Assembly: GCA_041665025.1 (NCBI GenBank)
Contig: JBAYJP010000002.1
Span: 128,691-192,690, forward strand
Reading direction: 5' to 3'
Length of the DNA stretch: 64,000 bases
Source: Candidatus Magasanikiibacteriota bacterium
GTDB lineage: Bacteria > Patescibacteriota > Patescibacteriia > Magasanikbacterales > UBA922
Each line of letters starts with the position of its first letter. Position 1 is the first letter of the stretch. Below, piece after piece: positions 36,350 through 46,818 of this stretch. Made by a program: the position numbers and the translations under genes. The notes below the pieces were generated by a model, which saw only the letters and a list, made by a program, of their open reading frames with translations, made no database searches and was not told the DNA's origin.

Positions 36350-39223
36350 ATGCCAATTCCACACCTACAAAAACGAATATATGGGTATGTGAGACGTTCG
36401 ACAGGCAGAGAGCCCAAACAAGGACGTCCGCCAAGAAGCCCGAAACGACGCTTTAAAGGCCTCAAAAAGCGCCTTGTCCTTGGCCTCATAATCGCAGGTG
36501 TCCTTGGATTCTTGTTTTTAACAGTACTTGTGGCCTGGACAAGCAAAGACTTACCCAATCCTGACCGGCTCCTGGACAGCTCTATAGCCCAAAGCACTAA
36601 AATCTATGATAGAACAGGTGAACATCTCTTGTACGAAATTTTTGCCCAAGAAAAACGCACCATTATCGAATTCGAGGAGGTACCAAAAGATTTGGTGAAC
36701 GGCGTAATTGCAACTGAAGATACAAAATTTTATGAACATAAAGGCATCCGTCCATTAAGCATTTTGCGCGCTTTTGTATATGGCGTATTTACAAATAAAC
36801 GCATAAGTGGTACATCCACGCTCACTCAACAATTGGTAAAAAATGCAATTTTGACAAATGAACGATCACTGACTCGAAAAATAAAAGAAGCCATTTTGTC
36901 TATACGTCTTGAACAAAAATATACCAAAGACCAAATTCTTAAAATCTATTTTAATGAGATCCCCTATGGATCTACCAACTACGGCGTAGAAGCTGCTGCT
37001 CAAAGTTATTTTGGCAAACATGTGTCTGATTTAACGCTTGCAGAAAGTGCAACGCTTGCTGGATTCCCCAAAGCACCTTCAAAATACTTGAATGATCCTG
37101 ACAGTTTGAAACAGCGCAGGGATTTTGTATTACGCAGGATGTTTGAAGAGGGATACATCACAGAAGAGCAAAAAAATACCGCGCAAGCGGAAGCTTTGAC
37201 TCTTACTCAACATTATGGAGAAATCAAAGCTCCTCACTTTGTCTTGCACGTAAAACAATTGCTTATCGAACAATACGGACTGGAAGAATCCAAAGTTGAA
37301 AAAGGTGGATTAAAAGTTATTACCACACTTGACTGGGACAAACAACAAATTGCAGAAAAAGTTATTTCTGAAGATAGTTTGCCTATACTTGAAAAAGCTG
37401 AGGCGGATAATGCTGCACTGGTCGCCCTTGATCCAAAGACTGGACAAATACTTGCACTCGTTGGATCGCGAGATTTTAATAATGATGAAATAAAAGGAAA
37501 ATTTAATGTGGTCACCCAAGGAAAACGACAGCCGGGTTCGTCATTTAAACCCATTATTTATTCCGCTGCATTTGAAAAAGGATATACGCCAGATACCATT
37601 CTTTTTGATGTAACCACAAACTTTGCCATGTCTGGAAAACCATACACTCCACAAAATTATGACGGCAAAGAATATGGGCCACTTACTATGCGCCAAGCAT
37701 TGCAAGGTTCACTCAATATTCCTGCGGTGCAAACATTGTATTTGGTTGGACCAAAAAAAGGCGTGGAGTTTGCACAACGACTCGGATACACCACACTAAA
37801 CGAGGGAGAATTTGGTCTCACACTGGTTCTGGGAGGTGGCGAGGTCAAGCTTCTTGAACACACCAATGCATATGCAACATTTGCAAATAACGGTTTGCAA
37901 CACACACCAACTGCGGTACTTAAAATTGAAGATCCGACAGGAAAAACATTGTATGAGTGGAAAAAAGATAATGGCAAACGCGTGATAGAACCTGAAATTG
38001 CCGCGACTATAAGTAATGTGCTCAGTGACGACGGTGCACGCTCATACATATTTGGTGCAAATGGAATACTCACACTACCCGGCAGACCGGTGGCAGTAAA
38101 AACGGGTACTACAAACAATTATGTTGATACGTGGACAGTTGGATTTACTCCAAGTCTTGTTACGGGCATCTGGGTTGGCAATACTGACAACACTCCAATG
38201 AAATTCGGAAATAGCAGTGCAGCTGTAGCAGCTCCGCTGTGGAATTCTTTTATGAAACAGTCACTTGAGGGCACACCCGTAGAACAATTTCCAACTCCTC
38301 CGGCAAATGATGCAGACAAACCAATTTTACGAGGTTCACTCGGCGGATCAATAAAATTATTAGTGGACAAGGCAACAGGAAAACGCGCATCAAGTTCAAC
38401 ACCAGAAAATTTAATTGAAGAAAAGACATTTATTCCACCGCACTCTGTTCTTCATTATGTACAAAAAGAAGATCCGCGCGGAGATCCTCCCACAAATCCT
38501 GCAGACGACCCACAATATGAACGATGGGAAGCCTCTATACAAGATTGGATCAAACGAAAAAAAGAACAAGACCCCAATTGGAATGTTTCATTTGAAGAAC
38601 CTCCAACTGAATATGATGATGAACATTCCCTTGAGCTTATTCCCATGGTCGAAATTCTCTCGCCTACCGAAGGGCAAATTCTCACTGACCGACGTATTAT
38701 CACAAGCATTATCGCAAGCGCACCACGAGGCGTAACACAAGTTACATACAAGATTGATGGCGTATATGTTGGAGTTATAACGCAACACCCATTTAATCTC
38801 GATTATACTGCTGAAAATCTTGATTCAGGAGAGCATACGCTTACGGTCATTGTGGAGGATGACATCCGTAATCGCGCTGAAAAAGATATTAAGTTTTTAT
38901 TAAACACAGACCCGCTAGCTCCTGGAGTTACATTTAGTAAATCTCTTGGAACTATGTCTGTAAATTCATTCCCCCAAACACTATATTTAGATTATCACAA
39001 ACTCAATGAAATCGAAGAAACACGATTATATATTAAAAAAGATGGCAGTAATGACAAACAACTTGTAACAAAAACGGATGACTTCTCAAACATGTTCAAT
39101 AGCCAGCTCGTGCTTAATTGGAATACTGCACCAGATAAAGGCTCATACGATGTAATACTTGAAGTAGTGGCGCAAGGTGGGGACACAAGAGAAAGTGACA
39201 AACAAAAAATTATTATTAACTAG
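36350..39223 (+). CDS. Class A penicillin-binding protein (PBP1A) with C-terminal Ig-like domain
   Basis: EDTKFYEH, STLTQQL, RKIKE, QPGSSFKP, SLN, KTGT. Confidence 0.93.
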   Translation: MPIPHLQKRIYGYVRRSTGREPKQGRPPRSPKRRFKGLKKRLVLGLIIAGVLGFLFLTVLVAWTSKDLPNPDRLLDSSIAQSTKIYDRTGEHLLYEIFAQEKRTIIEFEEVPKDLVNGVIATEDTKFYEHKGIRPLSILRAFVYGVFTNKRISGTSTLTQQLVKNAILTNERSLTRKIKEAILSIRLEQKYTKDQILKIYFNEIPYGSTNYGVEAAAQSYFGKHVSDLTLAESATLAGFPKAPSKYLNDPDSLKQRRDFVLRRMFEEGYITEEQKNTAQAEALTLTQHYGEIKAPHFVLHVKQLLIEQYGLEESKVEKGGLKVITTLDWDKQQIAEKVISEDSLPILEKAEADNAALVALDPKTGQILALVGSRDFNNDEIKGKFNVVTQGKRQPGSSFKPIIYSAAFEKGYTPDTILFDVTTNFAMSGKPYTPQNYDGKEYGPLTMRQALQGSLNIPAVQTLYLVGPKKGVEFAQRLGYTTLNEGEFGLTLVLGGGEVKLLEHTNAYATFANNGLQHTPTAVLKIEDPTGKTLYEWKKDNGKRVIEPEIAATISNVLSDDGARSYIFGANGILTLPGRPVAVKTGTTNNYVDTWTVGFTPSLVTGIWVGNTDNTPMKFGNSSAAVAAPLWNSFMKQSLEGTPVEQFPTPPANDADKPILRGSLGGSIKLLVDKATGKRASSSTPENLIEEKTFIPPHSVLHYVQKEDPRGDPPTNPADDPQYERWEASIQDWIKRKKEQDPNWNVSFEEPPTEYDDEHSLELIPMVEILSPTEGQILTDRRIITSIIASAPRGVTQVTYKIDGVYVGVITQHPFNLDYTAENLDSGEHTLTVIVEDDIRNRAEKDIKFLLNTDPLAPGVTFSKSLGTMSVNSFPQTLYLDYHKLNEIEETRLYIKKDGSNDKQLVTKTDDFSNMFNSQLVLNWNTAPDKGSYDVILEVVAQGGDTRESDKQKIIIN

Positions 39224-39350
39224 TATCTCCCAATTTCGGTTTATAATGAATAATACATAGAACGCGAATGTAACAAATTAAACGAATACAAACGAATTCG
39301 TCTTAATTTGTTAGATTCGTTCAATTCGTGTTACATTATCTTACTATTCT

Positions 39351-40532
39351 ATGCAGCTTAAAAATAAAGTTTTGCTTATTGCTTTGTTCACCTTGGGCAT
39401 ATTTTTATTCACCACCCAAAAAGCACATGCCGGTGGCTGCACAATACTCTCCGAGGGTGACCTATTCAAAACAACAAACAATCCAGCCGTATTCCTTGTC
39501 AAAAAAGTAAATGGCACACTCAAACGCCAAAGCTTTTTTTCTGATCAAATATACAAGACTTGGTACAATGATTTTTCTACGGTAAAAACGATCGACCCTC
39601 TCTGTGTAGACAATTATCCGAATGGTGGTGCAGTTCCGCTTCGTTCGGGTGTATATATGGTAAAATCCGTTATTAGTCCACGTGTATACGCCGTGCTTCC
39701 TAGCGGAGTGCTGGGACGAATCAACAACGAAATAGAGGCCACAAAACTATACGGGGCAAACTGGAGCTCGTGGCTCATCGATATCCCAGATTCTTACTTT
39801 GATACATTTTCTGTACAAACAGAACCGCTCAATACAAACACTCCTCACAACGGACAAGTCATTCGCGTAGAAGGAAGAAACACATTATATTATGTTGACG
39901 ACGGAAAAGTGTACAAAATGGATGGCACAACGACCGTAATCGCACGACATACAATTACCATTAATGATTCAACATTTGATCTTCTTAACCAAGTGGGACA
40001 AACCATTACTCAAGATGAAATTATAGATCGTCAGTTTGGTTTTAACATCACACCTCTTAGCACTCCAGACACAACTCCCCTTACAACACCTATTACCATA
40101 AACCCCGAAGTGCCTATCACACCAGATCCTGTGCCTGAAACAGTTACCCCAGACAACACAAATATAAACGACACAATACTACTAAGTAAACTTGAACAAG
40201 ATACTATAGATGAATTAAATAATTATAGAAAAGCAAATAACCTAAACATTGTTACGCACGACGACGCACTCTACACTCTCGCACGAGAACACAGCCAATT
40301 TATGCAAGATAATAATATTTTTGAACATGTCGGGTTTGATGAACGGTTTGAGCGCGCCAATCGCATGCTCTGTGTAGAAAATCTTGCGTGGAATTATCAA
40401 AGCGCGTACAGCGTGGTGTGGCAAGGATGGAAAAATTCTCCTGGTCACAATGTGAATATGCTTCAACCAGAAATAACAATAGTTGGCATGGCGTGGGTGG
40501 GGCCGTATGTAACCATGTTTGCGTGTAAGTAA
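39351..40532 (+). CDS. Secreted CAP-domain protein
   Basis: Signal peptide; AREHS..M, ENLA, WKNSPGH..NML. Confidence 0.85.
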   Translation: MQLKNKVLLIALFTLGIFLFTTQKAHAGGCTILSEGDLFKTTNNPAVFLVKKVNGTLKRQSFFSDQIYKTWYNDFSTVKTIDPLCVDNYPNGGAVPLRSGVYMVKSVISPRVYAVLPSGVLGRINNEIEATKLYGANWSSWLIDIPDSYFDTFSVQTEPLNTNTPHNGQVIRVEGRNTLYYVDDGKVYKMDGTTTVIARHTITINDSTFDLLNQVGQTITQDEIIDRQFGFNITPLSTPDTTPLTTPITINPEVPITPDPVPETVTPDNTNINDTILLSKLEQDTIDELNNYRKANNLNIVTHDDALYTLAREHSQFMQDNNIFEHVGFDERFERANRMLCVENLAWNYQSAYSVVWQGWKNSPGHNVNMLQPEITIVGMAWVGPYVTMFACK

Positions 40533-40600
40533 ATATAAAGAATAAAACACTCGAATTTAATCGGGTGTTTTTTTATTGAAAAAGTCTCAATTTTTTTAAT

Positions 40601-41728
40601 CTATTGTCGTATCGGCATCACAATATACAAATATTCTTTTTTATTTTTTGGTCTAAAGATACATGGTGCATCAGCGCTATTTACCCCAAACTCGATTTCT
40701 TCTGTTTCCATATGTTGCAAACCATCAAGTACATACCTATGATTGAGTAGTATTGAATTTTCTTCTCCATTTATCTCTACATCGACATCAGACGTGTGTT
40801 CACCTGTTTGGGTACTTGTAGAAGATACACCAATGTTTCCTTGTGAAACATTGAGATCAAATGAAACCGCGTTGACGCCTGTGGTGGTAAACAAACTTGC
40901 GGCCTTTATTTTATTTACCATGATATCGCGACTAAATACCGCGGTTGTCTTAAATTTTTCTGGAATAATCTGGGTGTAATCTGGATATTTTCCGTCTACG
41001 AGCCGACTTACCATTTCAAAATTATCGTAGCGTATTCCAATTTGATTTTCGCTTATCCAAAGCCTCACGCTTTCTTCCCCTTCTTGATTTTTTCCAAGCT
41101 GGAGCAAACGACTTATTTCATATGCAACTTTTGCCGGTATAATACATCGGACGTCTTTATCTTTGCCTTGTTTAAGCGGTACACGTGATTCTGCCAGACG
41201 ATATGAATCTGTGGCTGCCATGATTACACCCTCAAAACGATCACTTAAAAATTGAAAACAGATACCTGAAAGCTCGGGACGTATTTCGTTTTTTGCAACA
41301 GCGATAACTGTTTTACTTATTCCATTTCTAAATTCTTCAGCACCTACGGTGTATGCATGCTCTTCTTCAAGGGCGGGAATGAGAGGATATTCTTCGGCAG
41401 AAGATCCTTTTATTTTGGTACTAGAACTTCCACACACTAGATGAAGTTCATTTTCTTGCAACTCTATTTCAACTTGTTCATTGTTGAGCAGATGTACATA
41501 GTCTGCCAAAGTCTTTGCTGGAACAGTAAACGAGCCTCCCTGTTCTACTTTTGCGCGAAGTTGAGCCCGGATACCAATTTCAAGATTTGTCGCGCTTACC
41601 TCCACGCCCGAGTCTTGTGCTTTGAGTAAAATATTACCCAGGATTGGCAAGTTTGCGTGCTTGCTCGCAAGAGGACTTACCAAATCAAGTATATAAACTA
41701 GATTCTCCCTTGTGCATGTGAACTTCAT
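40601..41728 (-). CDS. dnaN: DNA polymerase III beta clamp
   Basis: ATNLE, ATDSYRL, GKYPDY, VMPIR. Confidence 0.96.
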   Translation of the reverse strand: MKFTCTRENLVYILDLVSPLASKHANLPILGNILLKAQDSGVEVSATNLEIGIRAQLRAKVEQGGSFTVPAKTLADYVHLLNNEQVEIELQENELHLVCGSSSTKIKGSSAEEYPLIPALEEEHAYTVGAEEFRNGISKTVIAVAKNEIRPELSGICFQFLSDRFEGVIMAATDSYRLAESRVPLKQGKDKDVRCIIPAKVAYEISRLLQLGKNQEGEESVRLWISENQIGIRYDNFEMVSRLVDGKYPDYTQIIPEKFKTTAVFSRDIMVNKIKAASLFTTTGVNAVSFDLNVSQGNIGVSSTSTQTGEHTSDVDVEINGEENSILLNHRYVLDGLQHMETEEIEFGVNSADAPCIFRPKNKKEYLYIVMPIRQ

Positions 41729-41739
41729 ATGCGCCACGC

Positions 41740-42098
41740 ATTAATAATTATTTATAATCAAAATGGATAAACACAAATTATATCGAGGGTGATTTATTTT
41801 TTCAGTGTGTACAAGTCTCGCGTCGTTGTTCGATTACGTTATATTAAATATTTTAAACTTGTTGTAATAGTAAAGGCTGTGGACAGGGTTAACAAGTGTA
41901 TTTTGTGTGTATGTTTAGCTATTATTTTTTAATTTTGCTGTTGATAGTTTTTGATTGTTTTGGTGTCAGTTTGTGTGTAAGTTTAGTTTTGCATTTTTAG
42001 TTGTTGATATCTATTTTTTTGTTAACACTAATTGCACTGTTTGTTAAAAATTTTTGTTAGGTTATTTTTTAGCCTGTTGATATGTGTCTGGTAAATTT
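41740..42098. other. Probable oriC (dnaA-dnaN intergenic region)
   Basis: AT-rich; repeated degenerate boxes (TGTGGACA, TGTGTACA, TGTTGATA x3); plus strand visibly shifts from C-rich to G-rich near here. Confidence 0.7.
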
Positions 42099-43496
42099 TT
42101 AGATTTTATTTGCGTATAATCTTTGTTTTATAAGTTCTATATCTTGTTTTAGTTTTAGGTCATTTTCAATTTCCAAAGAAATTTTTGTGTGTGCGTGCAT
42201 TGCTGTTGTGTGGTCTCGTCCGCCAAGTTCGTCTCCAATAGAGGGATACGAAAGTTTTAGTTCTTCACGCAACAGGTACATGATAATTTGTCTGGGGAAC
42301 GCGAGTCTCTTTTCTCTGCTTTTTCCAAGTACGTCGGGAGTTTGGATGTCATAAAACGTGGAAATTTCTTGTATGAGTTCGCGCGGTGTGAGCGAACGTC
42401 GCATATGTTGTTCTTCAAAACTGGTAAGCAGTTGGCGTAAGGATTCTTCGGTTGGTTGAACATTTTTTAGATCATGGTACGCAATAATTTTATTAAGAGC
42501 TCCTTCAAGTTCACGAATATTATTTTGCACATGTGTTGCGATATATTGCAACATGTCGCGTGATATAGAAAATTGGTGTTCCTGAGCTTTCTTTTCGAGA
42601 ATTGCGATGCGAGTTTCAAGATCTGGCGCTGAAATATCAGCAATCATTCCCCACTCCAGTCTGCTGCGCAAGCGATCCTCGAGGGCTGGAATTGCTTTTG
42701 GTGGACGGTCGCTCGTTAATACAATTTGTTTTCCTTGCTGGTGTAATTCGTTGAATGTGTGAAAAAATTCTTCCTGAGTTTGTTCTTTTCCGCCGATGAA
42801 TTGGATGTCATCAATAAGCAACAAATCAACATTGCGGTAGCGGTCTTTGAATTCTTTTGCGCGCCCTTCTTTTACTGATGACACAAACTCATTGGTAAAT
42901 TTTTCTGATGAAACGTATAATATTTTAGTTTGTGGATTGGCTTCAAGCATGGCGTGGCCAATTCCTTGAATAAGGTGTGTTTTGCCCAAACCAACACCAC
43001 CATATATAAATAATGGGTTGTAAGCTTCTCCGGGACGAGAGGCGACTGCTTGAGCGGCGGCATGTGCGAGTTCATTTCCTTTGCCGACCACAAATGTACT
43101 AAATGTATATTTTGGGTTGAGGCCAAACTGTTGTGCGAGTGTTTGTTTCCGCTGAGGAGTGTAAAGGGGTGTGTTGATCGTAGAGATTTTTGGTTGCTCA
43201 GTAGAAGGAGTACATTCTTGTTCTTTGATATTTTTGAGATTATCAACCATGTAATCAATTTTGCGAATTGGTTTGCCGGTGACGCGTTCGAGAATCTGTA
43301 CAATTTTTGCGTGATATTTTTTTTCAAGCCAGCTTTTGGTAAATGCATTGGGTACACATACTGCTACTTGTCCGTTATCGTATTTTGCAATTCCTGTGCT
43401 TTTGAACCATGTAGTAAAGTTTGCTTTGGATAATGAGAGTTCAAATTCTGCCAAAACAGCCTGCCAGATTTCGTAATTAGTCATATTTTGAAACAC
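42099..43496 (-). CDS. dnaA: Chromosomal replication initiator DnaA
   Basis: YNPLFIYGGVGLGKTHL, LLIDDIQF, FFHTFN, RELEGAL, GGRDHTT. Confidence 0.97.
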   Translation of the reverse strand: MFQNMTNYEIWQAVLAEFELSLSKANFTTWFKSTGIAKYDNGQVAVCVPNAFTKSWLEKKYHAKIVQILERVTGKPIRKIDYMVDNLKNIKEQECTPSTEQPKISTINTPLYTPQRKQTLAQQFGLNPKYTFSTFVVGKGNELAHAAAQAVASRPGEAYNPLFIYGGVGLGKTHLIQGIGHAMLEANPQTKILYVSSEKFTNEFVSSVKEGRAKEFKDRYRNVDLLLIDDIQFIGGKEQTQEEFFHTFNELHQQGKQIVLTSDRPPKAIPALEDRLRSRLEWGMIADISAPDLETRIAILEKKAQEHQFSISRDMLQYIATHVQNNIRELEGALNKIIAYHDLKNVQPTEESLRQLLTSFEEQHMRRSLTPRELIQEISTFYDIQTPDVLGKSREKRLAFPRQIIMYLLREELKLSYPSIGDELGGRDHTTAMHAHTKISLEIENDLKLKQDIELIKQRLYANKI

Positions 43497-43778
43497 AGAT
43501 TAGGGACAGATAACACAGATTCTTTTGTTTTTCATTAGTTAATACATTCTATCATATATTAATAATTTAAAAAATCCTCTAAATTAAGGCAAAAGTGCAT
43601 AGAGTGTGGAAAAGCTGTGGATGGTGGGGATAACGTTGACACTTAAGCACGGCAGCACTTAAACTCTTGAGCACCTATATTGACATTTTACAAAAGTTTA
43701 GGTATACTTGTTTCATTCTTATTTATTTTTAAAGTTTGTGCTTAAGTGCTATTGTGCTTAAGTGCTATTGTGAAATGT

Positions 43779-43958
43779 ATGGCAACAAAACGAACATACC
43801 AGCCAAAAAAGCGTAAGAGAGCAAAAACTCATGGTTTTCGATCACGCATGAAGACCAAAGATGGACGTGATGTACTCAAAAGACGCCGAAATAAAGGGAG
43901 AAAGAAGCTTACGGTCAGCGACGAGAAAAAAGGAAAACGAACACGAAAAACACGATAA
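43779..43958 (+). CDS. rpmH: 50S ribosomal protein L34
   Basis: [21 protein letters not shown]. Confidence 0.95.
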   Translation: MATKRTYQPKKRKRAKTHGFRSRMKTKDGRDVLKRRRNKGRKKLTVSDEKKGKRTRKTR

Positions 43959-44141
43959 AACCTTATAAATAAGCCAAAACTCTCGCCAAAACGGGGGTTT
44001 TGTGTTATTATATTAATAACCAAGGTACAAGAAACCCTAGACCCGGGCCTGAGGGCAAATAAATCTCAAACAATAATCACCAAGATTTTGAATTTGATTA
44101 TTGGAAATTATTTGGAAATTGTATCTTGTGTCCTAGTTTAT

Positions 44142-44519
44142 ATGCTTCAACAAATCAACCGGTTAACAAGGATGAAGGACTGGGAAATACTCTTTAGAGA
44201 GGGTAAATTTTGTGGTGGGAGGTTTTTGACCGTAAAATACTGGAAAGTACAGCCGGAAAAGTATCCAAAGAGAGATTATACCCAAGATGATTTGAAGATT
44301 GGCTTTGCTGTTGGGTTGAAAATTAGTAAAAGTGCAGTAAAACGCAATAGAGTGAAGCGACAAATGAGAGAAGTTGTTCGGCTTTTGCTAAAAGATGGTA
44401 AGATACATAAAGGGTTTATGGTTGGTGTGCTCGCGAAACCGGAAATTTTGGAGAAAGAATATGAAGATATTGGAAAAGATGTGGTTGAAGTTTTTAGTAG
44501 AGCGCGATTATTAATGTGA
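44142..44519 (+). CDS. rnpA: RNase P protein component
   Basis: KSAVKRNRVKRQMRE RNR motif; follows rpmH. Confidence 0.93.
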   Translation: MLQQINRLTRMKDWEILFREGKFCGGRFLTVKYWKVQPEKYPKRDYTQDDLKIGFAVGLKISKSAVKRNRVKRQMREVVRLLLKDGKIHKGFMVGVLAKPEILEKEYEDIGKDVVEVFSRARLLM

Positions 44520-44694
44520 TTTTTTGGCTAAGTTTACTGTCATTCCGAGGAGTCGGGCGACGAGGAATCTTTCTTGTTGAAGATTTTGGAAAAACAAAAT
44601 ATATTGATTCAAAAAATTTTATGACAATAAAGATTATTCATCCTGCTGTGGTGGGATTCAAGATGACATATTATTAATCGCAAAAAATAGCTGT

Positions 44695-44961
44695 ATGAAG
44701 CTAATTTTTAAAAAGATAGTTATTATACCGCGCATGCCGGTTCTTTTTTTAATAAAAATATACCAAAAAACTATTTCTCCTGATCACGGGTGGTTTAAAT
44801 CGCGTTTTCCGCATGGATATTGTCGTTTTCACCCTACATGCAGCCAATATGGGTATGAAGTAATAAAAAAAAGAGGACTCCTGGTAGGAGTGCCTAAAGC
44901 TGTATGGAGAGTAATGAGGTGTAATCCGTGGAGTAAGGGAGGAATAGATTTACCTAGGTAA
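44695..44961 (+). CDS. yidD: Membrane protein insertion efficiency factor
   Basis: YQK.ISP, CRFHPTCSQY, RCNPW..GG.D. Confidence 0.93.
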   Translation: MKLIFKKIVIIPRMPVLFLIKIYQKTISPDHGWFKSRFPHGYCRFHPTCSQYGYEVIKKRGLLVGVPKAVWRVMRCNPWSKGGIDLPR

Positions 44962-45004
44962 TTTTGAATTTCAAATTTGAAATTTTAAAACAATTTTGAA
45001 TGAT

Positions 45005-45235
45005 TTAATTTTCCATTTGAATTATCTTATTCTTACTCGTCAGTCCCCTGACGATTTTTATTTTAGATTTGGGAAGATTAAAGTGTTCTGATAGCAATTC
45101 AATCAATGCTTCGTTTGCTTTTCCATCTACTGGCGGCGCAGTAAGTTTTACTTTGAGTGTTCCGTCTGCCATTTCTCCCACAACTTCGTTGCGAGAAGAA
45201 CGAGGTAATACTTTTATATGAAGCGTGCGGGGCAT
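45005..45235 (-). CDS. DUF167 (YggU) protein
   Basis: KVKLTAPPVDGKANEAL, G.TSKNK. Confidence 0.9.
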   Translation of the reverse strand: MPRTLHIKVLPRSSRNEVVGEMADGTLKVKLTAPPVDGKANEALIELLSEHFNLPKSKIKIVRGLTSKNKIIQMEN

Positions 45236-45360
45236 AGTGGTGAGGTTACATGGAACATTGATTTGACTGATTGAACAAATTATAACAGATTATAATGCAT
45301 ATATAAAACAATCACCCATTTAAGGCGATTGTTTTTGTAATCTGTTAGTCTTTTGATCTT

Positions 45361-46680
45361 TTATTTTTCGTCATGCTCATGTTCATGCACATGCGACTCC
45401 CCTTCCATCACTTTTCCTTTCAAAAATGCAAGTACTTTTTTATTGAGCAACATGGAACGGATACTATCGTGGACTTCTGGCCTGTTGATGTTATCCATGT
45501 ATTCTTTGTTATCTTTATAAACTTTTTTCATCATTTCGATTTCTTTGTTCAATTCATCATCAGATATAGAAAGTTCATGTTCTTTTGCCACTTGGCGTGA
45601 GATAAGGGCGGCTTTGGCACGTTTGGTAGCTTGCTCTTTGAACCCTTCAAAAATTTCTTTTTCAGTCTTTTTTATATCTTGCAGGTATTGTTCAATACTA
45701 ACTCCGTTGCGGTCCAAATCATGTTTGAGTTCATAAAACATTTTCTGGCGTTCTGCGTTGATAAGAACTTCTGGGATTTCATCGAATCCAGATTTTTCAA
45801 TAAGCGTATCAAAGATTTCAATTTCAGCACGCTCTTCTGCTTTGTGTTCTTCCTCGTGTGACAAGTTGTGCTGTAGTAATTCGCGAAGTTTTGCTGTGCT
45901 CTCTTGTCCCAGTGTTTTGGCAAATTCATCAGTTACTTCTGGAAATTGGCGCTGATATACTCCTTTCACTTTTACTTTAAATGTTCCGGTATTTCCTGCA
46001 AGCATTTTGTTGTAATAGTCTTTTGGAAATGGCAAATCAAATTCTTTTTCCTCGCCTTCTTCTACGCCAACCAAAGCGTCATTGAATCCTGGAATATGCT
46101 GGTTTTCGGATAAATATACGTGGTAATCTTTTGCTTGGCCACCCTCAACTGGTACGCCATTCAAATGCAAATCCATGTCTATGGTAACTTTATCTTCTTT
46201 GGTTGATTTTTCTTTTTTCAATACTTCTTTTGCTTGCATTTTGGTTAAATTTTCCAAAACCTCATCAACTTCTTTATCAGTAATTGGTTTTGCTGTTCTT
46301 TTTACTTTTATGGTAGAAAGATCTGCAAGTTTTACTTTTGGTAAGAGTGCGACTTTGGCTTTGTATACGACATCGTTACCCGGTGCGCTTTTTTCAATCG
46401 TAATTTCTGGCATGCCTATGGTATCGAGTTTTTCTTTTTGTATTGTCTGATAAAAACTTTCTTGAACAATTTTTTCAAGGGCTTCTTGTAAAATTTTCAT
46501 TTCACCAACCTCAAGTTTTACCATGTCATAGGGCGCTTTACCAGGACGAAATCCTTTTATTGCGACGCGATCTGAAATGCGGGTAGCTGCACTTTTAAGA
46601 TGTTTTTCATACTCCCCCGGGGTGACGGTAATGGAGAGTTCGACTTGGGATTGTTCGAGTTTTTTGAGTTCGTGTTTCAT
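45361..46680 (-). CDS. tig: Trigger factor
   Basis: GFRPGKAP signature, FKBP-like domain. Confidence 0.95.
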   Translation of the reverse strand: MKHELKKLEQSQVELSITVTPGEYEKHLKSAATRISDRVAIKGFRPGKAPYDMVKLEVGEMKILQEALEKIVQESFYQTIQKEKLDTIGMPEITIEKSAPGNDVVYKAKVALLPKVKLADLSTIKVKRTAKPITDKEVDEVLENLTKMQAKEVLKKEKSTKEDKVTIDMDLHLNGVPVEGGQAKDYHVYLSENQHIPGFNDALVGVEEGEEKEFDLPFPKDYYNKMLAGNTGTFKVKVKGVYQRQFPEVTDEFAKTLGQESTAKLRELLQHNLSHEEEHKAEERAEIEIFDTLIEKSGFDEIPEVLINAERQKMFYELKHDLDRNGVSIEQYLQDIKKTEKEIFEGFKEQATKRAKAALISRQVAKEHELSISDDELNKEIEMMKKVYKDNKEYMDNINRPEVHDSIRSMLLNKKVLAFLKGKVMEGESHVHEHEHDEK

Positions 46681-46818
46681 AATTCGAAAGAATTAAGATT
46701 AAGGTTGGCGTAATATAAGGTATTTGGAGGGAAAAGTCAATGGTATATAACAAAACACCCTCCATTTGGAGAGTGTTTTTACTGTATATTCTGTGAACTA
46801 AGGACTATGAACTCCGAA

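Noticed and set aside
44539-44670. GTCATTCCGAGG..GAATCT / ..GATGAC and other REP-like palindromes (35567, 55852, 56240, 59502)
   Set aside because: Common intergenic palindromic repeats with no associated gene here; noted but not distinctive.
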